Program-made: the position numbers and the translations under genes
Shown here: positions 18,877 through 28,842 of the stretch, one piece after another
How positions within the stretch are numbered: the stretch's first letter is position 1
Layout of the letters: each line of letters starts with the position of its first letter
The notes under the pieces: model-generated
Database searches by the model: none
The model's input: only the letters and a program-made list of their open reading frames with translations
What the model was told of the DNA's origin: nothing
Origin: Candidatus Heimdallarchaeota archaeon
GTDB taxonomy: Archaea > Asgardarchaeota > Heimdallarchaeia > JABLTI01
NCBI GenBank assembly: GCA_018238155.1
Contig: JABCTZ010000026.1
Coordinates: 128,001 to 192,000, forward strand
Direction: 5' to 3'
DNA length: 64,000 nucleotides

Positions 18877-19467
18877 AATAACAAAAAAATAAAATCACAA
18901 AAAGATACTTTTATTATCTACATAGGATTTGCAATTATTCAGCTACTGTTTCTTATACTTTCAGTGATTCTTCGAAATGGAACAGAAAATAAATTTCATG
19001 ATGAAATTGCCATACTAAATCAAAATTACTATTACACATTTTCGTTCTTTATGCGTCTTGTAACTTTTCTATTTTTCTTGGCAATTTTAATTTATATCAG
19101 CTTTTTAGGCTCTGAAATTAAATGCATAAAAAATATTGCTCTGGATGAAATTGACTTTGGAAATGCATTAGAAGAGATGTTTAACTCTACACGCCAAAAA
19201 TTCAAAAAAAGAAGAATTCTCTTATTGGTTGTCCTATTACTAGGATTTCTTGTGATAATTGGATCTCAAATCTATGTGCAGATTGGCATATTGTTTTTGT
19301 TATAACCTATTTTGGAAGGTTATTCTTCTAAATTTTTTTGGGTTAGCTTCAATATATTATTAAAGCTAGTTGAATTTGGAATTTACACTGGTATAGTGAT
19401 TGTAGTAATTGCAGTGGTTTTAACAATTGGAGCATGTATAATTTACTTTGTCCAAAAATACAGTTAG
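18877..19467 (+). pseudogene. Interrupted membrane-protein frame whose last about 28 codons resemble the C-terminus of the 16998 protein
   Basis: ORF 18964-19305 continues in frame past TAA to GIVIVVIAVVLTIGACIIYFVQKYS* (19467); compare GVTLLVIAVLIIAGAIIFGMYYLQN*. Confidence 0.5.
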
Positions 19468-19922
19468 AGATGATAAATTTGTCAACAAAATCAGAAAACG
19501 AAATCTATCGTACACAAGAATTAGCTTCAAAAATGTACTTTATTGTAATGATATTTTTGTCAATATTTGTTATGATAGCCTTCTTTCTTCTTTTCATTTA
19601 TTTTAACAATTATGAAGAAAGATTTAATGCATTAGATTTCAAATATGAAATAAGTATTTCAATCACAATTATAATACCAGTAATTCTATCGTTGCTCACT
19701 TTGATAATTTACATGAATCCATTGATTTCATATTTAGTGGGAATAAACAAGAAAGATAACGGCTTAATTGATTTCAAAGCCATTATGAAAGAACAATCGA
19801 ATCCTACAAAAAAGAGCTATAAAATTAGAAATTATCTAATTGTAATTCTTTTTCTTCTAACAATATTAACAATTATTGCTTCTTATGTCTATTTTTATAT
19901 CATAATATTTTTCTTGCTATAA
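19434..19922 (+). CDS. 3-TM membrane protein, paralog of 18224-18682 (orphan immunity candidate); true start probably 19470 or 19479
   Basis: GLIDFKAIMKEQSNPTKKSYKIRN versus GINFIKIVEEQKKPTMIKYLIRK; same topology. Confidence 0.65.
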   Translation: MYNLLCPKIQLEMINLSTKSENEIYRTQELASKMYFIVMIFLSIFVMIAFFLLFIYFNNYEERFNALDFKYEISISITIIIPVILSLLTLIIYMNPLISYLVGINKKDNGLIDFKAIMKEQSNPTKKSYKIRNYLIVILFLLTILTIIASYVYFYIIIFFLL

Positions 19923-20353
19923 AAAATGGTCATTCTCAGATACCAAAAAAACGATTTTTTCTTCTTTTTTTTTATTAATTATTTTGTTTGTGAATTTATT
20001 TAAGCAAATGAATAAACCAAATTAAAATTCTTGGATGCGTTTTTCTGAGATAATGAAAATATAATGATGTACTACAGAAACATTGAGAATTACTTGAAAG
20101 AACATTTTTTACTCTCAAAAAAAATGAAAAAAGTAGAGGGAAAGAAGATTCCTCCTCTCTATTGGTACTCACATTCACTTGCATATTACTATTCCAGACG
20201 TTTGCGTCGAATGACTGGTACAGCAAAAGATAAAGCAGTGCTAAGTGTTACCATAGAAACGGCGATACAATACCACCTTCTTTAGCAATAGTAGTATTCG
20301 ATCTGGAATTGTTATATTCTTCTGTATTGAACGGTGTATCTAAATTGGCATCA

Positions 20354-21559
20354 TTAGAATCCTTCTGTTAACCAAGGCTTCTTCATTGGGAACCATTTAT
20401 CTAGTAAGTCAATATCTGCTTTCTTTGCTTTATTTATCCAATTAAATGGTCCAAGGTCAGTTGCAGGTAATATACCAAAAACTAATGAAGTTAACCCTTC
20501 GATAGTCATTTCTGTGTCTGCAGGTTTATCACCCAAGATATCGATTTTCAATTTGTTCTTCTCAGCAGTTAACTTAAAAGTTTGATTGTTTTTTGAAATG
20601 TGATTATCAGTAATCTTTAATTTGATTTGCCCATCAAATGGCACTTCCATATCTTGTAATGTTTCTTTTACATCTACTATTCGTGCCATAAACACAGTAT
20701 AGGGGGCTAATTTGGTTGTATAATAATTCTGTAACCATGTATAGTGATCAGATTCATTTGGGTTAATTGGAATAGCTACTTCTATTATTTGATCTGTATG
20801 TAAGAAAAGGTAGTTGAACAATGCATGTCTTGCGTATGGAGTTAAAGTAAACATTTCACTAATAGTTAGTGAACCATCTTCCGCCCAATCAAAACCGGTG
20901 CTAAATCCTTTACTTCTGTATTGCAGAAATCCTTCCGGTTCTTTCTTTTCATTGAAAGCAATTGCAAACCACGTTGGGGAAGGACCGACGTATTCTTTCC
21001 ATCTTTTTTCTGATCGTCGAACTCCTCCATGAATATTTTTAACGGCTTTATTATGAATTTCTTTGTAGATTTCAAATGCTTCTGTTTGAGTCATTCTTTC
21101 AACAGTGTATCCTTTTGGCAAGTGTTTCCATTTACTGAAATATTTCGGGTTCAATTTCATTTTAACAAAAGGAGGAGCATTTACATAGCCAAAGGCTGCA
21201 TAGAAAGTATCTTTGAACGGATAGAGAGTGGTTACTGGGTACTTCTCATCACTCATCTTCTTGAGAAGATAATTCATTATTTCTCTTACGTATCCTTTTC
21301 TTCGAGAAACAGGGTCACTAACAACCATGGCGATACCACCCATTTTCAACCATTTACCTCGAATATTTTGTTCTAAGGGGATACATCTCGTATTTGCTAC
21401 GATCTTATTATCAATTTCGAGACAATAGTTCTCATCAAATGTTAGTTCATATCTTAACAAGAAACGATCTTTCGCTGCATTTGCATCGAATCCGTAACAA
21501 TAGCCATTCAATTCATTTATTCTGTCAAAATCTTCTAAAGTGGCTTGTCGTACTTTCAT
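20354..21559 (-). CDS. eis: Eis-like GNAT acetyltransferase with C-terminal SCP2-like domain
   Basis: MGGIAMVVSDPVSRRKGY; LYPF..FYAAFGY; MARIVDV; LTSLVFG. Confidence 0.85.
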   Translation of the reverse strand: MKVRQATLEDFDRINELNGYCYGFDANAAKDRFLLRYELTFDENYCLEIDNKIVANTRCIPLEQNIRGKWLKMGGIAMVVSDPVSRRKGYVREIMNYLLKKMSDEKYPVTTLYPFKDTFYAAFGYVNAPPFVKMKLNPKYFSKWKHLPKGYTVERMTQTEAFEIYKEIHNKAVKNIHGGVRRSEKRWKEYVGPSPTWFAIAFNEKKEPEGFLQYRSKGFSTGFDWAEDGSLTISEMFTLTPYARHALFNYLFLHTDQIIEVAIPINPNESDHYTWLQNYYTTKLAPYTVFMARIVDVKETLQDMEVPFDGQIKLKITDNHISKNNQTFKLTAEKNKLKIDILGDKPADTEMTIEGLTSLVFGILPATDLGPFNWINKAKKADIDLLDKWFPMKKPWLTEGF

Positions 21560-21591
21560 TCAATTCAGCTCGCATATTCTGTTAGCCCTAG

Positions 21592-22191
21592 CTATTTTTT
21601 AGAGTCTCTCGAAGCTTTATCCCAGAGATCTTTTGAGCTCATTCTAAATAGCTGTGCTTTCTCTTCCAAGAAACCGTAAACTGTTCCATGTTTTGCTCCA
21701 CCTAACAGCATGCGAATTGCTTCCTTGGCTACTTTTAATCTTTCATATTGTCCAATTATTGCTACTGTATATCCATATACAGAAATACGTGTTCCTGTCG
21801 TTTCTTCGACAACCTTTCGGGTTCTTCCTTCTCGACCAATAATTCTTCCTCGAAATCGTTTGATTTTGTTTGCATTATCTCCAACGATTAATTTCAAATT
21901 GATTATTTCAAAATAAATATCATCATCTAGCAAAATAAATACTACATCAGGGTTGAAGCCCCGTGCAACTGCATGAACAAAATCTCTTGCCTTAATCGCT
22001 AAGAAAGGGTCTTCTGCATTTGGGAGAGCAATAACTTCTACTTCTCCAGAAGCACTATCAATTACAATTTTTACTCCGGCATCTTCTTCTAGTCTTTTTT
22101 TCACTCGTCCTTTTGGACCGATAAGTGCTCCAATCCTATCTTTTGGTATTGTGATGTAAAATCTACTTGTATTTTCAATATTAGAATTCAC
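21592..22191 (-). CDS. dim2: KH-domain pre-rRNA processing protein (Dim2/Pno1/Krr1 family)
   Basis: RIGALIGPKG and GRIIGREGRT GxxG loops; GAKHGTVY. Confidence 0.92.
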   Translation of the reverse strand: MNSNIENTSRFYITIPKDRIGALIGPKGRVKKRLEEDAGVKIVIDSASGEVEVIALPNAEDPFLAIKARDFVHAVARGFNPDVVFILLDDDIYFEIINLKLIVGDNANKIKRFRGRIIGREGRTRKVVEETTGTRISVYGYTVAIIGQYERLKVAKEAIRMLLGGAKHGTVYGFLEEKAQLFRMSSKDLWDKASRDSKK

Positions 22192-22283
22192 TGAGTTTTC
22201 ACCAGATTTTTTTTCTTGCTTTTCCGTCTTTAACCATTTTGATTATATTGATTTGTAGAGCTATTAATTTATTTAGTCTCTAT

Positions 22284-23240
22284 TTAAAACGTTTTCACTT
22301 GAATAGAAGGGGGTTCTCCTACTAGTTTTTCGAATAGTTTATCCGGGTCTTTTACTTTCACTCCTTGTGAATAAAAGTATCTAGTTATATTTTTAATATC
22401 TCGATAAAGAAATATTTCTGCATAAGGATGATCAACTAGCACCGCTTGAGAAATATCTATGAAATATACTTTAGGTGTATATATAATGTTATACTCTGAC
22501 AAATCAGCATGAACCAAATTAGCTTTTGTATAGAGTTTTCTCATATTTACTAATACTTCTTTATAAGCTGCTTCAGGGTCAATTAGCTCTTGTTCTTTCA
22601 TTATTCGATGTGGTAATCCTTTCTCGCCAATAAATTCCATTACAACAACATCTTTGAGACATGCAATAGGTTTTGGAACTGTAACTTTGGCGTTCATTGC
22701 CCGTGATAAATTCTTAAATTCTTTTTTGGCCCAAGCATACACAAACGATCTTTGATCACGTTTTATTCGATTAAATCTTGGATCTCCAAGAATATATATT
22801 TGTAACCCCTTGAAAATATTGGTTGAAGTTCTGTAGATTTTTACTGCTAATTCGTCTCCTTTAGGAGAATAGGCATGATAGACATTGGCTTCCTTTCCTG
22901 TTGAGATTACTCCCGTCATATAATCAATTACTTTTCTTTTTCGTAAATTGAAGAGTGTTGTTCGTGTTTCTACATCTAGAACAGATTCTACAACCTTTCG
23001 AGCATCAGAATCTTTTATTTTGATCTTTTGATCATCAATATACTTTACTTGTAAATTATCTGCATCTCTTAATTCTCGGTCATGTTCAATATCTTCATCA
23101 ATATCTAGCAAAACTTCATCAAGAAATTGTTCTTCATTCTCTTCTTTCACTGCTTTTTTTGACTTACTACCTTTAGAAGTAGTTTTTGTTGTTCTTTTCT
23201 TTTTGTTAATTTTAGAAGATTTCTTTGAAGACTTTGTCAT
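22284..23240 (-). CDS. rio1: RIO1 serine/threonine kinase
   Basis: ISTGKEANVY; AVKIYRTS; LVHADLSEYN; IDISQAV. Confidence 0.95.
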   Translation of the reverse strand: MTKSSKKSSKINKKKRTTKTTSKGSKSKKAVKEENEEQFLDEVLLDIDEDIEHDRELRDADNLQVKYIDDQKIKIKDSDARKVVESVLDVETRTTLFNLRKRKVIDYMTGVISTGKEANVYHAYSPKGDELAVKIYRTSTNIFKGLQIYILGDPRFNRIKRDQRSFVYAWAKKEFKNLSRAMNAKVTVPKPIACLKDVVVMEFIGEKGLPHRIMKEQELIDPEAAYKEVLVNMRKLYTKANLVHADLSEYNIIYTPKVYFIDISQAVLVDHPYAEIFLYRDIKNITRYFYSQGVKVKDPDKLFEKLVGEPPSIQVKTF

Positions 23241-23340
23241 GTATTCTTACATCGTTCTTTCGAAAATAAACCTTTCTCAAAATACCTTAGTTGTAAGAAT
23301 AATAACACATTAATGATAATAGAAAAATAAGAATATTTAA

Positions 23341-23781
23341 TTAATCTAATTTTATATAACCATTCTTTTCAAGCCAGTTTGCTTGGTTGTGATTATAACG
23401 ATATACTAAATCTGCTCTTGTATCTTCTTGTAAGCCATACCAAGGCATGACACTCACAATATCATTTTGTCTACACCAAAGTCTTTTGCGATATTTTCCT
23501 GGAATTCTAACCACTCTTGTTAGACCATCATTACATCGTACTTGAAGTCGATCTGCTCCGAGAATTTGTGTAACAATACCGAGTTTTTCACCTGTCTTTG
23601 GCATTCTTACTCTAATATATTCTGTTTGACCTGTAGGACCTACTATTGGAATTGCTTTCGAATAGACTGCTCCATCGTCTCTTCTTTTTCTTCTTCTGTT
23701 TCCGCCTTTCTTAGGCTTGGCTGTTTTCTTTTTACTTAAATTTTCCACTTTCCTTAAATTTAACTTAATCCAAAATGTCAT
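23341..23781 (-). CDS. eif1a: Translation initiation factor aIF-1A; likely start GTG 23748
   Basis: LGADRLQVRCNDG..RIPGKYRKRLW..DIV; ADLVYRY. Confidence 0.93.
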   Translation of the reverse strand: MTFWIKLNLRKVENLSKKKTAKPKKGGNRRRKRRDDGAVYSKAIPIVGPTGQTEYIRVRMPKTGEKLGIVTQILGADRLQVRCNDGLTRVVRIPGKYRKRLWCRQNDIVSVMPWYGLQEDTRADLVYRYNHNQANWLEKNGYIKLD

Positions 23782-24012
23782 TCACTCACTAAAAAGTCTT
23801 TGGATAACAAAGCAAGCACCTACACATTCTTTTCATCAATAAATAACTATGTTTAAACATATACTTCAAATAATTAATGAAATAAGGAATTATTTGTCGA
23901 CAAAACAAAAATTATTTGTAAAAGAATTGTAAGAAAAACTATTATATGTCTAATCAAATAATATACAAGATTAATACAGTAAGAATTAGAGAACTGATAG
24001 GGGACTGTATTC

Positions 24013-25065
24013 ATGCAAAGGGAACAATGCAATATCAATGGGAATTCCGAAATCGAAAACGTATATCTTTGCAAGATTTTGCTTTTTACTGAAGATGCAC
24101 GTAAACTTGCGGAAAAACTCAGACCAATTTCAGGGAATTCTGTGAGTACAAATTGTCTTGATACTATTGGCATGTATCCTCTTGTAGAGCATATCGAAAC
24201 ATCTCTAGGAACGCTTGCCATGTCCATTTGGATAATTAATACTGAAGAGAAATTCTCTCAGTTTAGAATGGGCTATTTTTCAGGAGCATCTCAATCTATC
24301 GTTTTATGCAATGATCAAGAAGAATTAAACAACTTTGAAAAACTTTATCTGATGACTCCAACGGGAGTTCCTACAACAGTTTTATCAAAAAATGCTAACG
24401 ATAATGAACTTCCACTTGATCAAGAAAATATCTTATTAGCTAACGAACCTTTATTTGAAAATCAAGGACGTATGATAAATTATCGAAAAATATCTGATTT
24501 ACAGTCAATTAGAACAGTTTTCAAAGATATTGGAAATAAAATATCTGAGGATATTGCCTCAGGACATTATCACATATTTACTCCAGATTTGGTTTCTCCT
24601 TCTAACATTTATAGGTTCTATAACAAGGAATCTTTCAATAAAGTCCAGGAATTAGTTGGCAAACTCGGGTATGAACTAAACGAAAAAGGTATTGTCAGCA
24701 TTTCACAAACCGAATTTTCCTTTGAAGTCGATTTCTATCGAAATCAAGTTGCCGCTTTCATTAGCAATTGTTTACATTGTGAAAAGAAGTGCAAACATTA
24801 TAGAAAACTCTGTGTAATTGAAGAGGATCAAGGATATTCCAACAAAATACATTTCGATAATCTCCGAGCGTTGGCAATTTTGTATGCGATTCATGACGGT
24901 GATTTCGAAAAATTGCATGGCAAGAATGAAAAAGAAAATATTAGTTTTCAGCTTCAACGGTTGAGAAATCATTACCAGGTTAATTGTGAATTTGAACAAA
25001 AAGAGAGAGAATTTCAAGAACAATCACTAAAAATCCTCCGAAAGAAGAGAAAAAAATCAAATTGA
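24013..25065 (+). CDS. Degenerate Rab/Ras-like small GTPase domain fused to a Cys-rich C-terminal domain
   Basis: KILLF..., DTIGMY, SIWIINTEEKFSQFRMGYFSGASQSIVL mirror the Rab strand/switch pattern but lack GxxxxGKS and DxxG; CLHCEKKCKH..C. Confidence 0.55.
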   Translation: MQREQCNINGNSEIENVYLCKILLFTEDARKLAEKLRPISGNSVSTNCLDTIGMYPLVEHIETSLGTLAMSIWIINTEEKFSQFRMGYFSGASQSIVLCNDQEELNNFEKLYLMTPTGVPTTVLSKNANDNELPLDQENILLANEPLFENQGRMINYRKISDLQSIRTVFKDIGNKISEDIASGHYHIFTPDLVSPSNIYRFYNKESFNKVQELVGKLGYELNEKGIVSISQTEFSFEVDFYRNQVAAFISNCLHCEKKCKHYRKLCVIEEDQGYSNKIHFDNLRALAILYAIHDGDFEKLHGKNEKENISFQLQRLRNHYQVNCEFEQKEREFQEQSLKILRKKRKKSN

Positions 25066-25178
25066 TATTAGCTATTGCGAAAAAGTTTAATTTCAGTACT
25101 TTTATTCATTCACAAAGCATCTTATAGAATAGCGAATAGTGTTTATAGTTAATTACTAAACTAATACTGGTGAAATGA

Positions 25179-26741
25179 ATGAGTATACAAAGAGAAAATG
25201 TTATTCCGTTTATTATTGATTCTAAAGATAATCTGGTTCCAATTGAAGCTGAGTTGGCGTTTGTGGTTGGTGTTGTAGGGGATAAAATAAAAAAAAGAGG
25301 TCTCTTTAAAAAAGCCAAAGAACGATTGACTCAAGTATCCAAATTTTATTGGCGTATTACTGTTGATACCTATGCTCGACGCTTAATTTTAGTTGATTCA
25401 TTAGGATTGTATGGAGGAGGAACAGCTATTCAAGATTTACCTCTAGCAAATATTGAAGCTCACCTCAAAGCCATAGATGATGCAACAACATTAAATGCAT
25501 ATTCAAATAGTCTTAGTGAAGCAAATGATGTACTTGTACTCTCTACAGTAGATTATCCTGTTTTTGATCAATTTTTCACCAAAACAACACTTAATTTAGC
25601 ACGAAAAAAATCAAGTGAAGATATGATTGACACACCATTAATTTTGCCCTCTTTTGAAAATACTATTAGTAATGATTTCCTGGAATCGCAAACAGAAGTC
25701 ACCAGGTTGCAAGAAATTCAAGAAATAATACAGGAAATGGCTCAAAATTGGCTTGCGGATATTAATGATAAAACTGAATCAATTGAAAATGAATATGCTA
25801 ATAGAATTAATCATACACAAGAAGATGTTGAAGAGCGTTTGGAAAATTATGAAGAGAGAATGAATACCTATATCGATTCTGACCTTGAAAAAGCAAATAA
25901 TGCCATATATAAATTACTCTCGAAATTTGAAGGGAGTACTCTTGGACTAACCGGAATTATTACCCCTCTACAAGAAGGGACTCGAGACATTTTACGTAAT
26001 ATTCCTTCAACAGAAACACCAAAATTCCATGCAAATATCACAGCTTACTTAAAAAAAGCCAAAAATCAAACTGGGAAAATAAGTGCAAAAGTAAAGGATG
26101 TTGAAAATGAAAGAAAACAATTAGAAAAAGCTCTCTTATCAATTGCACAAACACATCTGAATAATAAACAAAAGGCAGGCGAAACTTATGAAAAAAATAG
26201 ATCCTCTGCACTCTCTCAAGTAGATGAATTGCAAACCAAAAGAGATCGAGCTTTATCAAATCTTCTAAATCATAAGGATTCTATTATACAAAATACAAAT
26301 GAAATTATAAATAAAATTGAAACAATGATCAAAAATCGTTTCGAGTTAGCAAAAAATGCAACAGTAAGCTCTTCTGGAAACGTTCCTTCTGATATTATTA
26401 TTTCAGCATTTTTAGTGAAGTTTCAAGATAAAGATAAATCAAGATATTTTGTTATCCCACCATTATCTAAACCTCGCAGTCGGCATATTGATTATCCAAT
26501 AGCTGATAGGAATTCTGCCATTTCAGGAGGAAAAGAAACAGCTGATAAATTAGCTGCCGAAATAGTTTTTAATCGCAGATTGAAATCATCATTTGATGCT
26601 TTGAATGCAACAAATTACATTAAGACAGGTGAATTTGCCGGAGCAGTTCGACAAGGATTAGCTTATTTGATGAAAAACAAAATGATGAGCAAAAAAAACT
26701 CTAAAAAGATTATTGATTTATTAAATGAATTAGGGTTTTAA
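25179..26741 (+). CDS. Hypothetical protein with long central coiled coil
   Basis: Heptad-rich region at about residues 170-385 between globular ends; GGTGA SD. Confidence 0.65.
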   Translation: MSIQRENVIPFIIDSKDNLVPIEAELAFVVGVVGDKIKKRGLFKKAKERLTQVSKFYWRITVDTYARRLILVDSLGLYGGGTAIQDLPLANIEAHLKAIDDATTLNAYSNSLSEANDVLVLSTVDYPVFDQFFTKTTLNLARKKSSEDMIDTPLILPSFENTISNDFLESQTEVTRLQEIQEIIQEMAQNWLADINDKTESIENEYANRINHTQEDVEERLENYEERMNTYIDSDLEKANNAIYKLLSKFEGSTLGLTGIITPLQEGTRDILRNIPSTETPKFHANITAYLKKAKNQTGKISAKVKDVENERKQLEKALLSIAQTHLNNKQKAGETYEKNRSSALSQVDELQTKRDRALSNLLNHKDSIIQNTNEIINKIETMIKNRFELAKNATVSSSGNVPSDIIISAFLVKFQDKDKSRYFVIPPLSKPRSRHIDYPIADRNSAISGGKETADKLAAEIVFNRRLKSSFDALNATNYIKTGEFAGAVRQGLAYLMKNKMMSKKNSKKIIDLLNELGF

Positions 26742-26761
26742 TTAACTTGAAGTGAAAGAGT

Positions 26762-27355
26762 ATGGGCAATGAAGGAAAAATTGTTATTGTTGGAGGAGTT
26801 CCAGGCGTTGGAAAAACTACTGTAATCAATAATGCTCTAGAACATACAAAAGCCGAAGGAATGAAAATAACAACTATCATTTTTGGTACTGTAATGATGG
26901 AAATAGCATCTGAACTGTTCAATGTTCAAGATAGAGATAATTTACGCAAACTTCCTGAGAATAAACAAAAACTTATCCAAAAAGAAGCCGGTCTTAGAAT
27001 TGCAGAACGTTCCTGGGGTAGAATGTCAATCGTAGATACACATTTCACAATTAAAACTAAAACAGGTGTTTATCTGCAAGGCATTCCAAGTTGGGTTTCA
27101 AATGCTTTAAAACCTAAATTACTTGTACTTATAGAAACAAATCCCGAAGATATTTCAAAGCGAAGGTCATATGATGATTCGCGTTTACGTGATAAAGAAA
27201 ATATCTATCATCTCAAAGAACATCAAGAAGTGAATCGCACTTCAGCAATCACCATCTGTCAGAAAACAGGTGCTTTACTTGTAATAATAAAAAATAAACA
27301 AGGTCATGCTGATAAAGCAGGAGAAAACCTTTTCAAATATTTGAAGAGTCTCTAA
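26762..27355 (+). CDS. adkA: Archaeal-type adenylate kinase
   Basis: GGVPGVGKTT P-loop; FGTVM; DRDNLRKL; VDTH; HQEVNR. Confidence 0.88.
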   Translation: MGNEGKIVIVGGVPGVGKTTVINNALEHTKAEGMKITTIIFGTVMMEIASELFNVQDRDNLRKLPENKQKLIQKEAGLRIAERSWGRMSIVDTHFTIKTKTGVYLQGIPSWVSNALKPKLLVLIETNPEDISKRRSYDDSRLRDKENIYHLKEHQEVNRTSAITICQKTGALLVIIKNKQGHADKAGENLFKYLKSL

Positions 27356-27483
27356 GGGCTCTTTTTGGATATATTTTTACTTTCTTTTTAGGGAAAAACC
27401 TATAAAATTAAAAACAGTCTTATATTATATGGTCATATAATAAGCTGAGAATCTTAAAAATAATAAAACAGGTTGAAATACAA

Positions 27484-28722
27484 ATGGCAGGAATATGGTT
27501 AATAGGAGCTTATGGAGCTGTATCCACAACTACTCTTACAGGTATAGCAGCAATTAAAGCTGGCGCCGCTCCAAGAGTTCAATCAGGAATAGTCACTGAA
27601 TCACCAGAATGTGATCCAATACGTAGCAAGTTTCCAATCGAAGATATAAATCTCGGCGGAAGTGAAATACGATTTCTGGATAAAAATGCTTATCAAGCAT
27701 CTGAAATAATCTGGGAAGAAAATTATCATTTTCAAAGGAAATATCTTGAAGCAGCAAAGAATGAACTTTCAAAATTAAAAGCAACAAAAGGGACAGCTAT
27801 CAATGGTGGTCCTGGAGTAGAAGCAATTGGAGAACTCAAGACACTCGAAGATGATGGTCTTACTCTAAAAGAAATTTCAAAGAAGCTTATGAAGGATTTT
27901 GAAAGTTTCAAGAATAAAAATGGAGAAGTTTGTGTAATGAATACTTCTTCAACAGAACCTCATATCAAACTTACTGAAGAGCATCAAACGCTTGATGGAT
28001 TCGAAGGATTAATTGATGGAAATAAAACTGAAAAAGTAACTGCAAGCATGCTCAACGCTTATGCAGCATTAAAACAAAAGATACCTTATGGAAATTTCAC
28101 TCCATCTCATGGTGCATCGTTTCCAGCATTAAGAGAATTGGCACTTAAATCAAAAATGCCTTATTATGGTGATGATGGTAAAACAGGCGAGACTCTTATG
28201 AAAACCACACTCGCTCCTATGTTCAAAATGAGAAACTTGAAGATCCTCGGTTGGGCTGGATTCAATATCCTTGGCGACTTGGATGGTGTTACTCTCAGTA
28301 AAGACGCAAATAAAGCCAGCAAAATCGAAAGCAAAGACAAAGCAATCAGCAGTAGTATTGGTTATTCTCCATTCTCTATTACTGAAATCAAATACTTCCC
28401 ACCTCTTGTCGACCACAAAGTTGCTTGGGATTACATTAGCTATCGAGGCTTTTTAGGTCAAAAAATGGCTCTAACATTTACTTGGTTAGGCATTGATTCT
28501 ATATTAGCTGCACCAGTTGTCATTGATATTGCTCGAAGTTTAATGTTTGCGAAATCCAGAGGTGAATCCGGACCGATTCATGAACTCGCTTTCTTCTTTA
28601 AACATCCAATAGATGATATAATTGGCAATACATTCATTCAACATGATATTTACATGAAATGGGTAAACGAAGGTACAAAGATTAATGTAGAGGAAATGCA
28701 AGCAAAGATAATTCAAAAATAG
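27484..28722 (+). CDS. ino1: Myo-inositol-1-phosphate synthase (archaeal type)
   Basis: WLIGAYGAVSTT Rossmann motif; DGKTGETLMKT; NILGDLDG; KVAWD; GIDSILAAP; FFFKHP. Confidence 0.92.
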   Translation: MAGIWLIGAYGAVSTTTLTGIAAIKAGAAPRVQSGIVTESPECDPIRSKFPIEDINLGGSEIRFLDKNAYQASEIIWEENYHFQRKYLEAAKNELSKLKATKGTAINGGPGVEAIGELKTLEDDGLTLKEISKKLMKDFESFKNKNGEVCVMNTSSTEPHIKLTEEHQTLDGFEGLIDGNKTEKVTASMLNAYAALKQKIPYGNFTPSHGASFPALRELALKSKMPYYGDDGKTGETLMKTTLAPMFKMRNLKILGWAGFNILGDLDGVTLSKDANKASKIESKDKAISSSIGYSPFSITEIKYFPPLVDHKVAWDYISYRGFLGQKMALTFTWLGIDSILAAPVVIDIARSLMFAKSRGESGPIHELAFFFKHPIDDIIGNTFIQHDIYMKWVNEGTKINVEEMQAKIIQK

Positions 28723-28731
28723 TTTTTACTA

Positions 28732-28775
28732 AAGGAAAAGCTTTTTTTCCTTCTTTCTTTTATTTTTTTCTATTT
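28732..28775 (+). terminator. Hairpin plus U-rich terminator after ino1
   Basis: AAGGAAAA...TTTTCCTT followed by T-tracts. Confidence 0.5.
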
Positions 28776-28842
28776 TCATAAATGATTGAGCATCTTTACA
28801 AGATTAATAAAAAATGATTATTATTGTGTGGGATTAAGTTAA

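Noticed and set aside
5837-19467. Stop-codon reassignment suggested by several in-frame TAA codons (6053, about 13120, 14649, 19303)
   Set aside because: Contexts imply different residues (Leu versus Tyr), all are single-base nonsense changes in accessory DNA, and core genes end normally at TAA
19996-20350. Short overlapping ORFs on both strands
   Set aside because: No recognisable motif or SD; probably debris; no match to the eis 3' end was found
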